Assembly (NCBI GenBank): GCA_947632695.1 | Contig: CANRQC010000001.1 | Location: 1-40,587 of the forward strand | DNA length: 40,587 nucleotides | Origin: an uncultured Oscillospiraceae bacterium | GTDB taxonomy: Bacteria > Bacillota > Clostridia > Oscillospirales > Oscillospiraceae | Reading direction: 5' to 3' | Part shown: positions 16,576 through 25,962 of the stretch, piece by piece | Layout: each line of letters begins with the position of its first letter | How positions within the stretch are numbered: position 1 is the first letter of the stretch | Made by a program: the position numbers and the translations under genes | Notes under the pieces: model-generated | What the model was told of the DNA's origin: nothing | Seen by the model: only the letters and a program-made list of their open reading frames with translations | Database searches by the model: none

Positions 16576-16667
16576 TGGCGGAGAAGGAGGGATTTGAACC
16601 CTCGATACCCTTTTGGGGTATACACGATTTCCAATCGTGCGCGCTCGGCCAGCTACGCGACTTCTCC
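16576..16667 (-). tRNA. tRNA-Ser(GGA)
   Basis: Acceptor GGAGAAG/CTTCTCC-G-CCA; anticodon arm CACGA-TTGGAAA-TCGTG; long variable arm; T arm GAGGG-TTCAAAT-CCCTC. Confidence 0.97.
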
Positions 16668-16767
16668 CTGTCCAGCCCGAATATCATACCCTATTCGGGC
16701 CGGTTTGTCAAGTCCCAATTTTTTGTCCCGCTAAAATCCGCTGCATTTTCTCATCCTTCCAATCTCA

Positions 16768-16796
16768 TTGACAAGGAGACGGAAAAATGGTATAGT
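16768..16796 (+). promoter_or_regulatory. sigA promoter of the cob/cbi operon
   Basis: TTGACA-17-TATAGT with extended TG. Confidence 0.75.
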
Positions 16797-16809
16797 AATG
16801 GTACAATTA

Positions 16810-16990
16810 AAGACCTGAGTGCCCCTTGGCCCGGCTTGGGCCCTGGGGAGAATAGGGAATCCGGTGCGAATCCGGAACGGTACCGCCGCTGTATGCGCGG
16901 AGGTTGGCAGCAGGACGAAAGTCGGTCATTGGCGAAAGCTGAGAAGGCGCTGTCAAGCCTGGGAGGCGCGAGTCAGAAGACCTGCTTGGG
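16810..16990 (+). ncRNA. cobalamin riboswitch
   Basis: AATAGGGAA-TCCGGTGCGAATCCGGA-ACGGTACCGCCGCTGT ... GAGAAGGC ... GAGTCAGAAGACCTGC B12 box, upstream of cbi genes; ends approximate. Confidence 0.92.
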
Positions 16991-17035
16991 TGATGGCCCT
17001 CTTGGATAGGGCCGGTTTGTGTGCGGAAATGCGGC

Positions 17036-17068
17036 CGCGGCAGCTTTGACTGCCGCGTTTTTTATTTT
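17036..17068 (+). terminator. riboswitch attenuator terminator
   Basis: cgcggcag-ctttga-ctgccgcg-ttttttatttt. Confidence 0.8.
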
Positions 17069-17080
17069 GGGGGTGAGAGC

Positions 17081-18139
17081 TTGGTTCTGAGCGGCTACGG
17101 ACACGGCGGGGACATCTACCGGAACCGGGTCCGGCTGGATTTTTCCGCCAACGTCAACCCCCTGGGTACCCCGCCGGAGGTCCAAAACGCGGTGCGGGAA
17201 GCAGCGGACCGTCTGGCCCCCTACCCCGATCCCTACTGCGGCGCCCTCCGGGCCAAGCTGGCCGCCCGGCTGGGGGTGGAGGAGGACGCCATCCTCTGCG
17301 GAAACGGAGCGGCGGAGCTGATCTACTCCTTTGCCCTGGCCTTGGCGCCCCGGCGGGCCCTGGCGCCGACGCCCACCTTTTCCGAGTATGCCGCCGCTTT
17401 GGACGCGGCGGGGTGCCGGGTCCTTCCCTTTCCCCTGGTCCGGGAGCGGGGCTTTCGGCTGGGAGAAGAGATTCTTCCGCAAATTACCCAGGATGTGGAC
17501 GCCCTGATTCTGTGCAATCCCAACAACCCCACGGGCCAGTGCGTTGCCCCCGACCTGCTGGTCCGAATTTTGGAGCGGTGCCGGGAGACCGGGTGCTTCC
17601 TGCTGCTGGACGAATGCTTCTTAAATCTTGCGGACCGGGAGGCCGCCTTCTCTCTCCTGCCCCTCTTAGGCCCCGGCGACCCGGTGGTGATCCTGCGGGC
17701 CTTCACCAAGCTCTACGGCATGGCGGGGCTGCGGCTGGGCTACTGCGTCTGCCGGAACCCGGAGCTTTTAGAAAAAATGTCCCGGTTCCAGCAGCCCTGG
17801 AACGTCTCCACCCCCGCCCAGGCGGCGGGGCTGGCGGCCCTGGACTGCGGGGACTTTGTCCGGGAGACCCTTGCCCTCCTTTCCGAGGAACGGCGGTTCC
17901 TGGAGGCGGGGCTCCAGGAGCTGGGCATTCCTTTTCTTCCAAGTAAGGTCAATTTTCTGCTTTTCCAGGGGGAAGCCGATTGGGGAGCGCGGCTCCTCGC
18001 CCAGGGAATTTTGATCCGGTGCTGCGTTAGCTTCCCTGGGCTGACGGCACGGGACTACCGCATTGCCGTCCGCACCCGCCCGGAAAACCGGGCCCTGCTA
18101 TCCGCCCTAGCTTCTCTGAAAATACGCAAGGAGGATTAA
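17081..18139 (+). CDS. cobD: L-threonine-O-3-phosphate decarboxylase
   Basis: HGGDIY, DFSANVNPLG, CNPNNPTG, PLP motif RAFTKLYGMAGLRLGY; likely TTG start after GGGGTG. Confidence 0.85.
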   Translation: MVLSGYGHGGDIYRNRVRLDFSANVNPLGTPPEVQNAVREAADRLAPYPDPYCGALRAKLAARLGVEEDAILCGNGAAELIYSFALALAPRRALAPTPTFSEYAAALDAAGCRVLPFPLVRERGFRLGEEILPQITQDVDALILCNPNNPTGQCVAPDLLVRILERCRETGCFLLLDECFLNLADREAAFSLLPLLGPGDPVVILRAFTKLYGMAGLRLGYCVCRNPELLEKMSRFQQPWNVSTPAQAAGLAALDCGDFVRETLALLSEERRFLEAGLQELGIPFLPSKVNFLLFQGEADWGARLLAQGILIRCCVSFPGLTARDYRIAVRTRPENRALLSALASLKIRKED

Positions 18140-18143
18140 TCCA

Positions 18144-19775
18144 ATGCCGGAAAACAGCTACTCCTTTTTCCAAAATACCGCCTGCAAATACTTTCCCTGC
18201 CACAAAACCGAGCATCCGGAGGAGTTTAACTGCCTGTTCTGCTACTGCCCCCTCTACGCCCTGGGGGACCGGTGCGGCGGCAATTTCCGCTACACGGACA
18301 AAGGGATCAAGGACTGCTCCGGCTGCCTGGTGCCCCACAGTCCCGGCGGATATCAGCGGGTGTTAAGCCGGTTTTCCGACATCTCCGCCCTGGCCAGCCG
18401 CCCGGCGGAGCCCGCCGCCGGGATCCCCGGCATGCCTAGGGTTCTGCTGGCGGGGACCCGCAGCGGCTGCGGCAAAACCACCGTCACCTGCGCCATTTTG
18501 CAGGCGCTGGTCCATCGGGGGCTGAAGGTGGGCGCCTTCAAATGCGGCCCGGACTACATCGACCCCATGTTCCACAGCCGGATCATCGGGGCCAAAAGCG
18601 CCAATCTGGACAGCTTTTTCCTGGACGAGCATACGCTGCGTGGTCTTCTGGTGAAAAACAGCCGGGATCGGGATGTGAGCGTCCTCGAGGGGGTCATGGG
18701 CTTCTACGACGGCCGGGGCCTGGATTCCACCCAGGGCAGCACCTATGAGATCGCCCGGATCACTTCGACGCCCACAGTGCTGGTCGTCGACACCCGGGGG
18801 GCCTCCCTTTCGGTGCTGGCGGCCATTCAGGGCTTCGCCGGTTTCCGGCCGGACAGTGGCATTCGAGGCGTGATTCTGAATCAATGCGGGGAGCGGGCCT
18901 ACTCGTCCCTCCGGGAGGCGATCCTGCGCCAATTTGGCGGCAGGGTCCGGCCTTTGGGGTATCTACCCCGTCTGCCGGAGGCGGCGCTGGAGAGCCGCCA
19001 CCTGGGGTTGGTCACCGCTCAGGAGGTGGACGGACTCCGGGAAAAGCTGGCGCTGCTGGCCGATCAGGCGGAGAAGACAATCGATCTGGAGGGCCTGCTG
19101 GAGCTGGCCCGGACGGCCACGGAGCTTTCCGACGCCCCGGTTTCCTTTCCCCGTCTGCCCCAGGCGCGGATCGCCGTTGCCCAGGACGCCGCCTTCTGCT
19201 TTTACTATGCTGACAACCTGGCCGCCCTCCGGGAGCTGGGAGCCGAGCTGGCGCCCTTCAGCCCCCTGACGGACCCGGCCCTGCCAGAAAACATCCAGGG
19301 TCTGTACCTTGGAGGCGGTTATCCGGAGCTGTACGCCGAGGCGCTGTCGAAAAATGTCTCTCTCCGCTCCTCTATCCGGAAGGCCCTGGAACGGGGCCTG
19401 CCCTGCGTCGCCGAGTGCGGGGGCCTTCTCTACCTGGCGGAAGCCCTGGACGGCCATCCCATGGTGGGCTTCCTGCCGGGAAACGGGGAAAGCAAGGGAA
19501 AGCTGACCCGCTTCGGCTATGTTACATTGACCCCCAAGGCGGACAGCCTCCTGTTCCGGGCGGGGGAACCGGTCCCCGCCCACGAGTTTCACTACTACGA
19601 TCTGCCCGATCCCGGCAGCGCCCTGACCGCTCGGAAGGCGGACGGGCGGCAGTGGGACTGCGGCTTCGCCACCCCTCGGCTCTACGCCGGATTCCCCCAT
19701 CTTCATTTCTACGCCCGCCCCGCCCTGGCGGAGCGGTTCTACCGGGCCTGTTTGGAGGAAAAACACCATGTTTGA
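18144..19775 (+). CDS. cbiA: cobyrinate a,c-diamide synthase with N-terminal cysteine-rich small domain
   Basis: N-terminal CKYFPCH..NCLFCYCPLY..KDCSGC; SGCGKTT, KCGPDYIDP, AECGG, HEFHY. Confidence 0.92.
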   Translation: MPENSYSFFQNTACKYFPCHKTEHPEEFNCLFCYCPLYALGDRCGGNFRYTDKGIKDCSGCLVPHSPGGYQRVLSRFSDISALASRPAEPAAGIPGMPRVLLAGTRSGCGKTTVTCAILQALVHRGLKVGAFKCGPDYIDPMFHSRIIGAKSANLDSFFLDEHTLRGLLVKNSRDRDVSVLEGVMGFYDGRGLDSTQGSTYEIARITSTPTVLVVDTRGASLSVLAAIQGFAGFRPDSGIRGVILNQCGERAYSSLREAILRQFGGRVRPLGYLPRLPEAALESRHLGLVTAQEVDGLREKLALLADQAEKTIDLEGLLELARTATELSDAPVSFPRLPQARIAVAQDAAFCFYYADNLAALRELGAELAPFSPLTDPALPENIQGLYLGGGYPELYAEALSKNVSLRSSIRKALERGLPCVAECGGLLYLAEALDGHPMVGFLPGNGESKGKLTRFGYVTLTPKADSLLFRAGEPVPAHEFHYYDLPDPGSALTARKADGRQWDCGFATPRLYAGFPHLHFYARPALAERFYRACLEEKHHV

Positions 19776-20391
19776 AATTCGAAAGCCTATGGAAATTGAA
19801 AACCGGAGCATGGAGATCATCACGGCGCTCCTTGGCGACCGGCCCATTGCCCCGGAAAACGAGGCGGTGGTCAAGCGGGTCATCCACACCACCGCTGATT
19901 TTGACTACGCCGACAATCTCCGCTTCTCCCCCGGCGCGGTGGAAAAGGGGCTTTCCGCTCTGAGAGCCGGCTGCGATATCGTGACGGACACCACCATGGC
20001 CCTTGCCGGCATCAACAAGACCGCTCTTTCCAAGCTGGGAGGCCAGGTCCACTGCTTCATCGCCGACCCCGACGTGGCCCTACAAGCCAAGGCCCGGGGC
20101 GTCACCCGCTCCTACGCGGCCATGGAGAAGGCGGCCCAGCTGGAAAAGCCCTGCGTCTTCGCCATCGGCAACGCCCCCACCGCCCTGCTGTCCCTCCACG
20201 ACCTGATGGCCCAGGGGAAGCTGGCGCCGGAGCTGATCATCGGGGTCCCAGTGGGCTTTGTCAACGTGGTGGAGAGCAAGGAATTACTCTTGACCGACGA
20301 CGTTCCCTACATCGTGGCCCTGGGCCGGAAGGGCGGCAGCAACGTGGCCGCCGCCATCTGCAACGCCCTGCTCTACCAAATCACAAGATGA
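19768..20391 (+). CDS. cbiC: cobalt-precorrin-8 methylmutase
   Basis: RVIHTTAD, IGNAPTAL, GRKGGSNVAAA. Confidence 0.95.
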   Translation: MFEIRKPMEIENRSMEIITALLGDRPIAPENEAVVKRVIHTTADFDYADNLRFSPGAVEKGLSALRAGCDIVTDTTMALAGINKTALSKLGGQVHCFIADPDVALQAKARGVTRSYAAMEKAAQLEKPCVFAIGNAPTALLSLHDLMAQGKLAPELIIGVPVGFVNVVESKELLLTDDVPYIVALGRKGGSNVAAAICNALLYQITR

Positions 20392-21518
20392 TGGAGGAGT
20401 TCATCGTCAAGGAGGGCAAGCGCCTCCGGCTGGGCTATACCACCGGCTCCTGCGCCGCTGCCGCCGCCAAGGCCGCGGCCTGGATGCTGCTCACCGGCCA
20501 GCCCCGAGAGAAAATCGGACTGATCACCCCCAAGGGCATCCGGCTGGAGCTAGTGGTGACGGACATCTCCATGGAACCGAGCCAGGTCTCCTGCGCCGTG
20601 GTCAAGGACGGCGGGGACGACCCGGACATCACCACCGGCGCCCACATCACCGCCACGGTGGTCCGCGCTCCCCGGCCCGGGGTGGAAATATTGGGCGGCC
20701 CGGGGGTGGGCCGGGTCACCAAGCCGGGACTGGACCAGCCCGTTGGCGCGGCGGCCATCAACTCCGTCCCCCGGCGGATGATCCGGGAGAATGTGGAAGA
20801 AATTTGCCGCCTGCTGGACGAGCCCGGCGGGCTGACTGTCACCATTTCCGTGCCGGGCGGCGGGGAGCTGGCGAAAAAGACCTTCAATCCCCGGCTGGGC
20901 ATCGAGGGCGGCATCTCCATTTTGGGCACCACCGGCATGGTGGAGCCCATGAGCGACCAGGCGCTGCTCGACACCATTCGGGTGGAGCTGCGCCAGCGCC
21001 GGGCCACCGGGGCGGAATACGCCCTGCTGACCCCCGGAAATTACGGCGCGGACTTTCTGCGAGAGGGTCTGGGCGTGGATCCAGTGAAAGCGGTGCAGGT
21101 GTCCAATTTTATCGGGGACAGTCTGGACCTGTGCCGGGAGCTGGGCTTCCGGGGCGCGGTGCTGGTGGGCCATGTGGGCAAACTGGTGAAGCTCTCCGGG
21201 GGAATGCTGAACACCCACTCCAAGTACGGCGACTGCCGGATGCCCCTGCTCACCGCCCAGGCCGCCGCCTGCGGCGTCTCCCCCGCGGCGGCCCAGGCCA
21301 TGCTCTCCGCCGTCACCTGCGACGAGGCCATTCGCATTGCCCAGGAGGCGGGGGTGATGGAGCCCATGCTGAAACGGGTGACCGCTCTGGCCTGGGAGCA
21401 TCTGGCCCAGCGGGCCGGAGAACTGCCCGTGGGGCTGATTGTCTTTTCCAAAATCTACGGCGTGCTGGGCCAGTCGGAAAACGCCCAGGTGCTGCTTCAA
21501 CACTTTCAGGAGGGATAA
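20388..21518 (+). CDS. cbiD: cobalt-precorrin-5B C1-methyltransferase
   Basis: GYTTGSCAAAA, KDGGDDPDIT, NPRLGIEGGISILGTTG. Confidence 0.95.
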   Translation: MMEEFIVKEGKRLRLGYTTGSCAAAAAKAAAWMLLTGQPREKIGLITPKGIRLELVVTDISMEPSQVSCAVVKDGGDDPDITTGAHITATVVRAPRPGVEILGGPGVGRVTKPGLDQPVGAAAINSVPRRMIRENVEEICRLLDEPGGLTVTISVPGGGELAKKTFNPRLGIEGGISILGTTGMVEPMSDQALLDTIRVELRQRRATGAEYALLTPGNYGADFLREGLGVDPVKAVQVSNFIGDSLDLCRELGFRGAVLVGHVGKLVKLSGGMLNTHSKYGDCRMPLLTAQAAACGVSPAAAQAMLSAVTCDEAIRIAQEAGVMEPMLKRVTALAWEHLAQRAGELPVGLIVFSKIYGVLGQSENAQVLLQHFQEG

Positions 21519-21520
21519 CC

Positions 21521-22279
21521 ATGGTACATTTTGTGGGCGCCGGGTGCGGCGCCAAGGATCTGATCACCGTTCGGGGCGCGAAGCTCCTTTCCCAGGCGGA
21601 TGTGATCATCTACGCCGGCTCTCTGGTCAACCCGGAGCTGCTGGACTACGCCAAGCCGGGAGCGGAAATCCACAACAGCGCCTATATGACCTTGGAGCAG
21701 GTTATAAAGGTAATTTTGAAGGCGGAGGCCCTGGGAAAAACCGTGGTCCGCCTCCACTCCGGGGATTCCAGCATCTATGGAGCGGTGCGGGAGCAGTTCG
21801 ACGAGCTGGAGAAACGGGGCGTCGCCTACGACGTCTGCCCCGGCGTCAGCGCTTTCTGCGGGGCCGCCGCCGCCCTGAAAGCGGAATATACCCTGCCCGG
21901 GGTGAGCCAGAGCGTCATTATCACCCGCACCGCCGGCAGGACCGCCATGCCGGAAGGCGAGGACATCCCCTCCCTGGCCCGCCATGGGGCCACCATGGTG
22001 CTGTTCCTCAGCACCGGGCTGACGGAAAAGCTGCAACTAGAGCTGCTGACCGGGGGCTACGCCCCGGACACCCCGGTGGCGGTGGTCTACAAGGCCACCT
22101 GGCCCGACGAGAAGATTTTCCGCTGCACCGTGGGGACCCTCCATGAGACTGTAGAGAAAAGCGGGATCCGCAGCACGGCCCTGATCATCGTGGGCGGCTG
22201 CATGGGGCCGGAATACCTCCGCTCCCGGCTCTACGCCCCGGAGTTTTCCACCGGCTTCCGGGCAGGTACAAAACAATGA
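21521..22279 (+). CDS. cbiF: cobalt-precorrin-4 C11-methyltransferase
   Basis: MVHFVGAG, YAGSLVN, RLHSGD, KATWPDE, SRLYAPEFSTGFR; RBS AGGAGG. Confidence 0.95.
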   Translation: MVHFVGAGCGAKDLITVRGAKLLSQADVIIYAGSLVNPELLDYAKPGAEIHNSAYMTLEQVIKVILKAEALGKTVVRLHSGDSSIYGAVREQFDELEKRGVAYDVCPGVSAFCGAAAALKAEYTLPGVSQSVIITRTAGRTAMPEGEDIPSLARHGATMVLFLSTGLTEKLQLELLTGGYAPDTPVAVVYKATWPDEKIFRCTVGTLHETVEKSGIRSTALIIVGGCMGPEYLRSRLYAPEFSTGFRAGTKQ

Positions 22280-23295
22280 TCGTCCTGCTGGCTTTCAGCC
22301 GCCAGGGCTGCCGCACCGCAAGGAAAATCCGAACTGAATTTGCCGAGGAGGTCCGGCTCTACGCCCCGGAGAAGTTGGGACAGCCGGATTTCGCCCCCAC
22401 CGCCTCTCCCCTTTCGGAATTTATCGGGCCGCTGTTCCGGCAGGCCAGCGCCCTGATCTTTGTGGGCAGCGTGGGGATCGCCGTTCGGGCCATCGCCCCC
22501 CACGTCCGAGACAAGCGGACCGATCCGGCGGTGCTGGCGGTGGACGAGCTGGGGCGTTTCGTCATTCCCCTGCTCTCCGGCCACATCGGCGGGGCCAACG
22601 CCCTGGCGAACCTGCTGGCGGCGGCCCTGGGAGCCACCAGCGTGGTCACCACCGCCACGGATATCAACGGCCGGTTCTCCGTAGACGCCTGGGCCGCAAG
22701 CCACGGCTATGCCCTTTCCGACATGGGCCTGGCCAAGGAGGTGTCCGCCGCCATTTTGGAGCAGGAAATCCCCATTTCCTCGGCCCGTCCCCTGCCGGAG
22801 CCGCTGCCCCCGGGATTGGAGGCCGGAGACACGGGAGAATTGGGCATTCGCCTCTCCTGTCGGGAGGAAAAACCGTACAAAAATACTCTACTGCTGATCC
22901 CCAAAGTCCTCACCCTGGGCGTCGGCTGCCGCCGGGGCACCTCAAAGGAGGCCATCGCCCAGGCGGTGGAGGCGGTTTTTCAGGAGGCGGGGCTGCGGCG
23001 GGAGGCGGCGGCGGAGGCCGTCACCATCGACCTAAAAAAAGACGAGGAGGGGCTGATTGCCTATTGCCGGGAGGCGGAACTTCCCCTCTCCTTTGCCTCG
23101 GCGGAGGAACTGGGGCAGGTGCCGGGGGACTTCACCCCCTCGGAATTTGTCCGCCGGGTCACCGGGGTGGACAACGTCTGTGAGCGGGCCGCCCTGCTGA
23201 AAGGCGGAACTCTGATCGTGAAAAAAACGGCCCGGGCCGGGGTCACGGTTGCGGTGGTCGAACGAAATTGGGAGGTATCATCATGGGAAAAGTAA
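22276..23295 (+). CDS. cbiG: cobalt-precorrin-5A hydrolase
   Basis: GIAVRAIAP, KRTDPAV, LLSGHIGGAN, TTATD, GVGCRRG, VCERAA. Confidence 0.94.
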   Translation: MIVLLAFSRQGCRTARKIRTEFAEEVRLYAPEKLGQPDFAPTASPLSEFIGPLFRQASALIFVGSVGIAVRAIAPHVRDKRTDPAVLAVDELGRFVIPLLSGHIGGANALANLLAAALGATSVVTTATDINGRFSVDAWAASHGYALSDMGLAKEVSAAILEQEIPISSARPLPEPLPPGLEAGDTGELGIRLSCREEKPYKNTLLLIPKVLTLGVGCRRGTSKEAIAQAVEAVFQEAGLRREAAAEAVTIDLKKDEEGLIAYCREAELPLSFASAEELGQVPGDFTPSEFVRRVTGVDNVCERAALLKGGTLIVKKTARAGVTVAVVERNWEVSSWEK

Positions 23296-24014
23296 CCGTC
23301 GTGGGCATTGGCCCCGGAAACGGGGAAAATATGACGTTCCTGGCAGACCAGGCCCTGAAAAATTGTCAGGTTTTGGCGGGATATACAGTTTATGTAAACC
23401 TCGTAAAGGACCGCTATCCGGGAAAAGAGATCATCACCACCCCCATGACCGGGGAGGCGAAGCGGTGCCGCATGGCCCTGGACGCCGCCAAGGCGGGAAA
23501 GAAGGTGGCCATGGTCTGCTCCGGGGACAGCGGGGTTTACGGCATGGCGGGGCTGCTGTACGAGCTTCGTGGGGACGAAAAGGAGCCGGAAATCGAGGTG
23601 GTCCCCGGCCTGACCGCCGCCCTCAGCGGCGGGGCGCTGCTGGGAGCGCCCCTGACTCACGACTTCTGCGTTCTCAGCCTCAGCAACCGGCTGACGCCCT
23701 GGGAGCTGATCGAAAAGCGGCTGGACGCCGCCGCGGCCGGGGATTACACCCTGGTTCTCTACAATCCCGCCAGCGGGGCCCGGCCCGACACGCTCCGGCT
23801 GGCCTGTGCCCGGCTTTTGCGGGTCCTTCCGGGGGACCGGCCCTGCGGCATTGCCCGGAACATTGGCCGGGAGGGGGAAAGCTGGGAACTTTTAACGCTG
23901 GAACAGCTCCGAGACTATCCGGCGGATATGTTCTGCACCGCCTTTGTCGGCAATTCTACCACCCAGATTATCGGCGGCAAGCTGGTGACCCCCAGAGGAT
24001 ATCCCAATGTGTAA
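23283..24014 (+). CDS. cbiH: cobalt-precorrin-3B C17-methyltransferase
   Basis: VVGIGPG, SGDSGVYGMAG, GAPLTHDF, LYNP, TPRGY; RBS GGAGGT. Confidence 0.94.
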   Translation: MGKVTVVGIGPGNGENMTFLADQALKNCQVLAGYTVYVNLVKDRYPGKEIITTPMTGEAKRCRMALDAAKAGKKVAMVCSGDSGVYGMAGLLYELRGDEKEPEIEVVPGLTAALSGGALLGAPLTHDFCVLSLSNRLTPWELIEKRLDAAAAGDYTLVLYNPASGARPDTLRLACARLLRVLPGDRPCGIARNIGREGESWELLTLEQLRDYPADMFCTAFVGNSTTQIIGGKLVTPRGYPNV

Positions 24015-25953
24015 GCTCTGCGTCTTTGCCGGCACCAGCGAGGGCCGGCTGCTGGTATCCTGGCTGGCGGGGCAGAAGGTCTCCGTCACCGTCTGCGTGG
24101 CGACGGAATATGGGGAAAGTTTGCTTCCTCAGGGGGAAAATCTGACCGTCTCCGCCAAGCGGCTGAACCGGGAGGAGATGGCCAGACTTCTTGCGAAGGA
24201 AGCCTTTGATCTGGTCATCGACGCCACCCACCCCTATGCCCAGGAGGTGACGGAGAATCTCCAGGCCGCCTGCCAGGAGACCGGGGTCCAGTACCTCCGG
24301 CTTTTGCGTCCGGAGGGGGCCGGCAGAACGGGACGGTATTTCCCCGACATTCCCGCCGCCGCACGCTATTTGAGCGGCACCGAGGGGACCATCTATCTCA
24401 CCACCGGCAGTAAGGAGCTGGCAAAATTCGCGGTTCTTCCGGACTTTGCCCAGCGGGTCTACGCCCGGGTGCTGCCCATGGAGGCCAGTCTGGAGGCCTG
24501 CCGGGAGGCGGGGCTTCCCCCCGCACACATCCACGCCATGCAGGGACCCTTTTCCCGGGAAATGAACCGGGCCGCCCTGACCATGACCGGGGCCAAATTC
24601 CTAGTGACTAAGGAGGCCGGGCCCGCCGGCGGCTTTGGGGAAAAGGCCCAGGCCGCCCAGGACGTGGGGGCGGAACTGGTGGTCATTGGCCGCCCGCCCC
24701 AGGGCGAAGGGCTGTCCTTGGAGGAAACGGTCTCCTACTTGGAGGACCGGTTTTCCCTCCGCCGCCGACCCCAGGTCACGGTCCTGGGCGTCGGCCCGGG
24801 CGGCCCGAAGGGGCTGACCCTGGAAGCCCAGGAGGCCATTCGGGAGGCGGACTGCCTGATCGGGGCCAAGCGGATGCTGGCCCTGGCCGCCCCCGGGCAG
24901 GCGGCGTACCCCGCCATTGCGCCGGAGGCCATCGTAGCCCTGATCCGGAGCCACCCGGAATACACCCGATTCGCCGTCCTGATGTCGGGGGACCCAGGCT
25001 TTTACAGCGGCGCCAAAAAGCTGCTGCCCCTGCTTTCCGGCTGCCCTGTGACGGTCCTGCCGGGGATCAGCAGCCTCAGTGCCCTCTGCGCCAGACTGGG
25101 GGTCTCCTACGAGGAGGTCTTCCCTGTCAGCCTCCACGGGCGGGACACCGATATTCTCCCCTGGGTGGCCCGGCACCAAAAGGTCTTCGCCCTGGTAGGC
25201 GGGGAGGGCGGCATTGCCCAGCTCTGCGCGCGGCTGACCCAGGGCGGCTTCGGCGAGGCCCAGGTCACCGTGGGGCAGAATCTGGGCTACCCGGAGGAGG
25301 CCATCGTCACAGCCCCGGCCCGGGCGCTCCAGGAGCGGCCCTTCCCCTCCCTCAGCGTGGCCCTCATTCAGCATGACAAGTCCTGGCGGACAGCCATTGG
25401 CCTGCCCGACGATGCGTTTCTCCGTAGCGAGGGCATCCCCATGACCAAAAGCGAGGTGCGGGCGGTGTGCCTGTCCAAGCTGGCGCTGCCGGAGGACGCA
25501 ATTTGTTGGGATGTGGGGGCCGGCACCGGCTCAGTGTCCGTAGAAATGGCTCTCTCCGCTCCCCGGGGGCAAGTGTACGCCATTGAGAAAAAAAAGGATG
25601 CCCTGGCCCTGCTGGAAAGAAACCGGGAGCGATTTATATTGGATAATCTGATCCCCGTGGCCGGGGCCGCCCCGGAGGCGTGCCGGACCCTGCCGCCGCC
25701 CAGCCATGTGTTCCTGGGCGGGGCCGGGCGGGAGCTGCCCGCGATCCTGGAACTGATCCGGGAGAAAAATCCCAAGGCCCGGATCGTCGCCACCGCCATC
25801 ACGTTGGAATCCGTGGGCCTGCTAAATGCCGCCATGGCGGACTTTGCCAGCGCCGAGGCGGTCTGCGTCACGGTGGCCCGGGACAAAAAAGCGGGGCCGT
25901 ACCATCTGATGATGGGGCAAAACCCGGTGTACATCTTCACCTTTCAAAACTGA
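24007..25953 (+). CDS. cbiJET: fused CbiJ-CbiE-CbiT (precorrin-6A reductase / C5,C15-methyltransferase-decarboxylase)
   Basis: FAGTSEG and IDATHPYA (CbiJ); SGDPGFYSG and SLHGR (CbiE); MTKSEVRA and WDVGAGTGSVS (CbiT). Confidence 0.92.
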   Translation: MCKLCVFAGTSEGRLLVSWLAGQKVSVTVCVATEYGESLLPQGENLTVSAKRLNREEMARLLAKEAFDLVIDATHPYAQEVTENLQAACQETGVQYLRLLRPEGAGRTGRYFPDIPAAARYLSGTEGTIYLTTGSKELAKFAVLPDFAQRVYARVLPMEASLEACREAGLPPAHIHAMQGPFSREMNRAALTMTGAKFLVTKEAGPAGGFGEKAQAAQDVGAELVVIGRPPQGEGLSLEETVSYLEDRFSLRRRPQVTVLGVGPGGPKGLTLEAQEAIREADCLIGAKRMLALAAPGQAAYPAIAPEAIVALIRSHPEYTRFAVLMSGDPGFYSGAKKLLPLLSGCPVTVLPGISSLSALCARLGVSYEEVFPVSLHGRDTDILPWVARHQKVFALVGGEGGIAQLCARLTQGGFGEAQVTVGQNLGYPEEAIVTAPARALQERPFPSLSVALIQHDKSWRTAIGLPDDAFLRSEGIPMTKSEVRAVCLSKLALPEDAICWDVGAGTGSVSVEMALSAPRGQVYAIEKKKDALALLERNRERFILDNLIPVAGAAPEACRTLPPPSHVFLGGAGRELPAILELIREKNPKARIVATAITLESVGLLNAAMADFASAEAVCVTVARDKKAGPYHLMMGQNPVYIFTFQN

Positions 25954-25962
25954 GGTAGATCT

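Noticed and set aside
20804-21520. 491-aa extended CbiF
   Set aside because: The extension overlaps cbiD out of frame; the true start is ATG 21521 with RBS.
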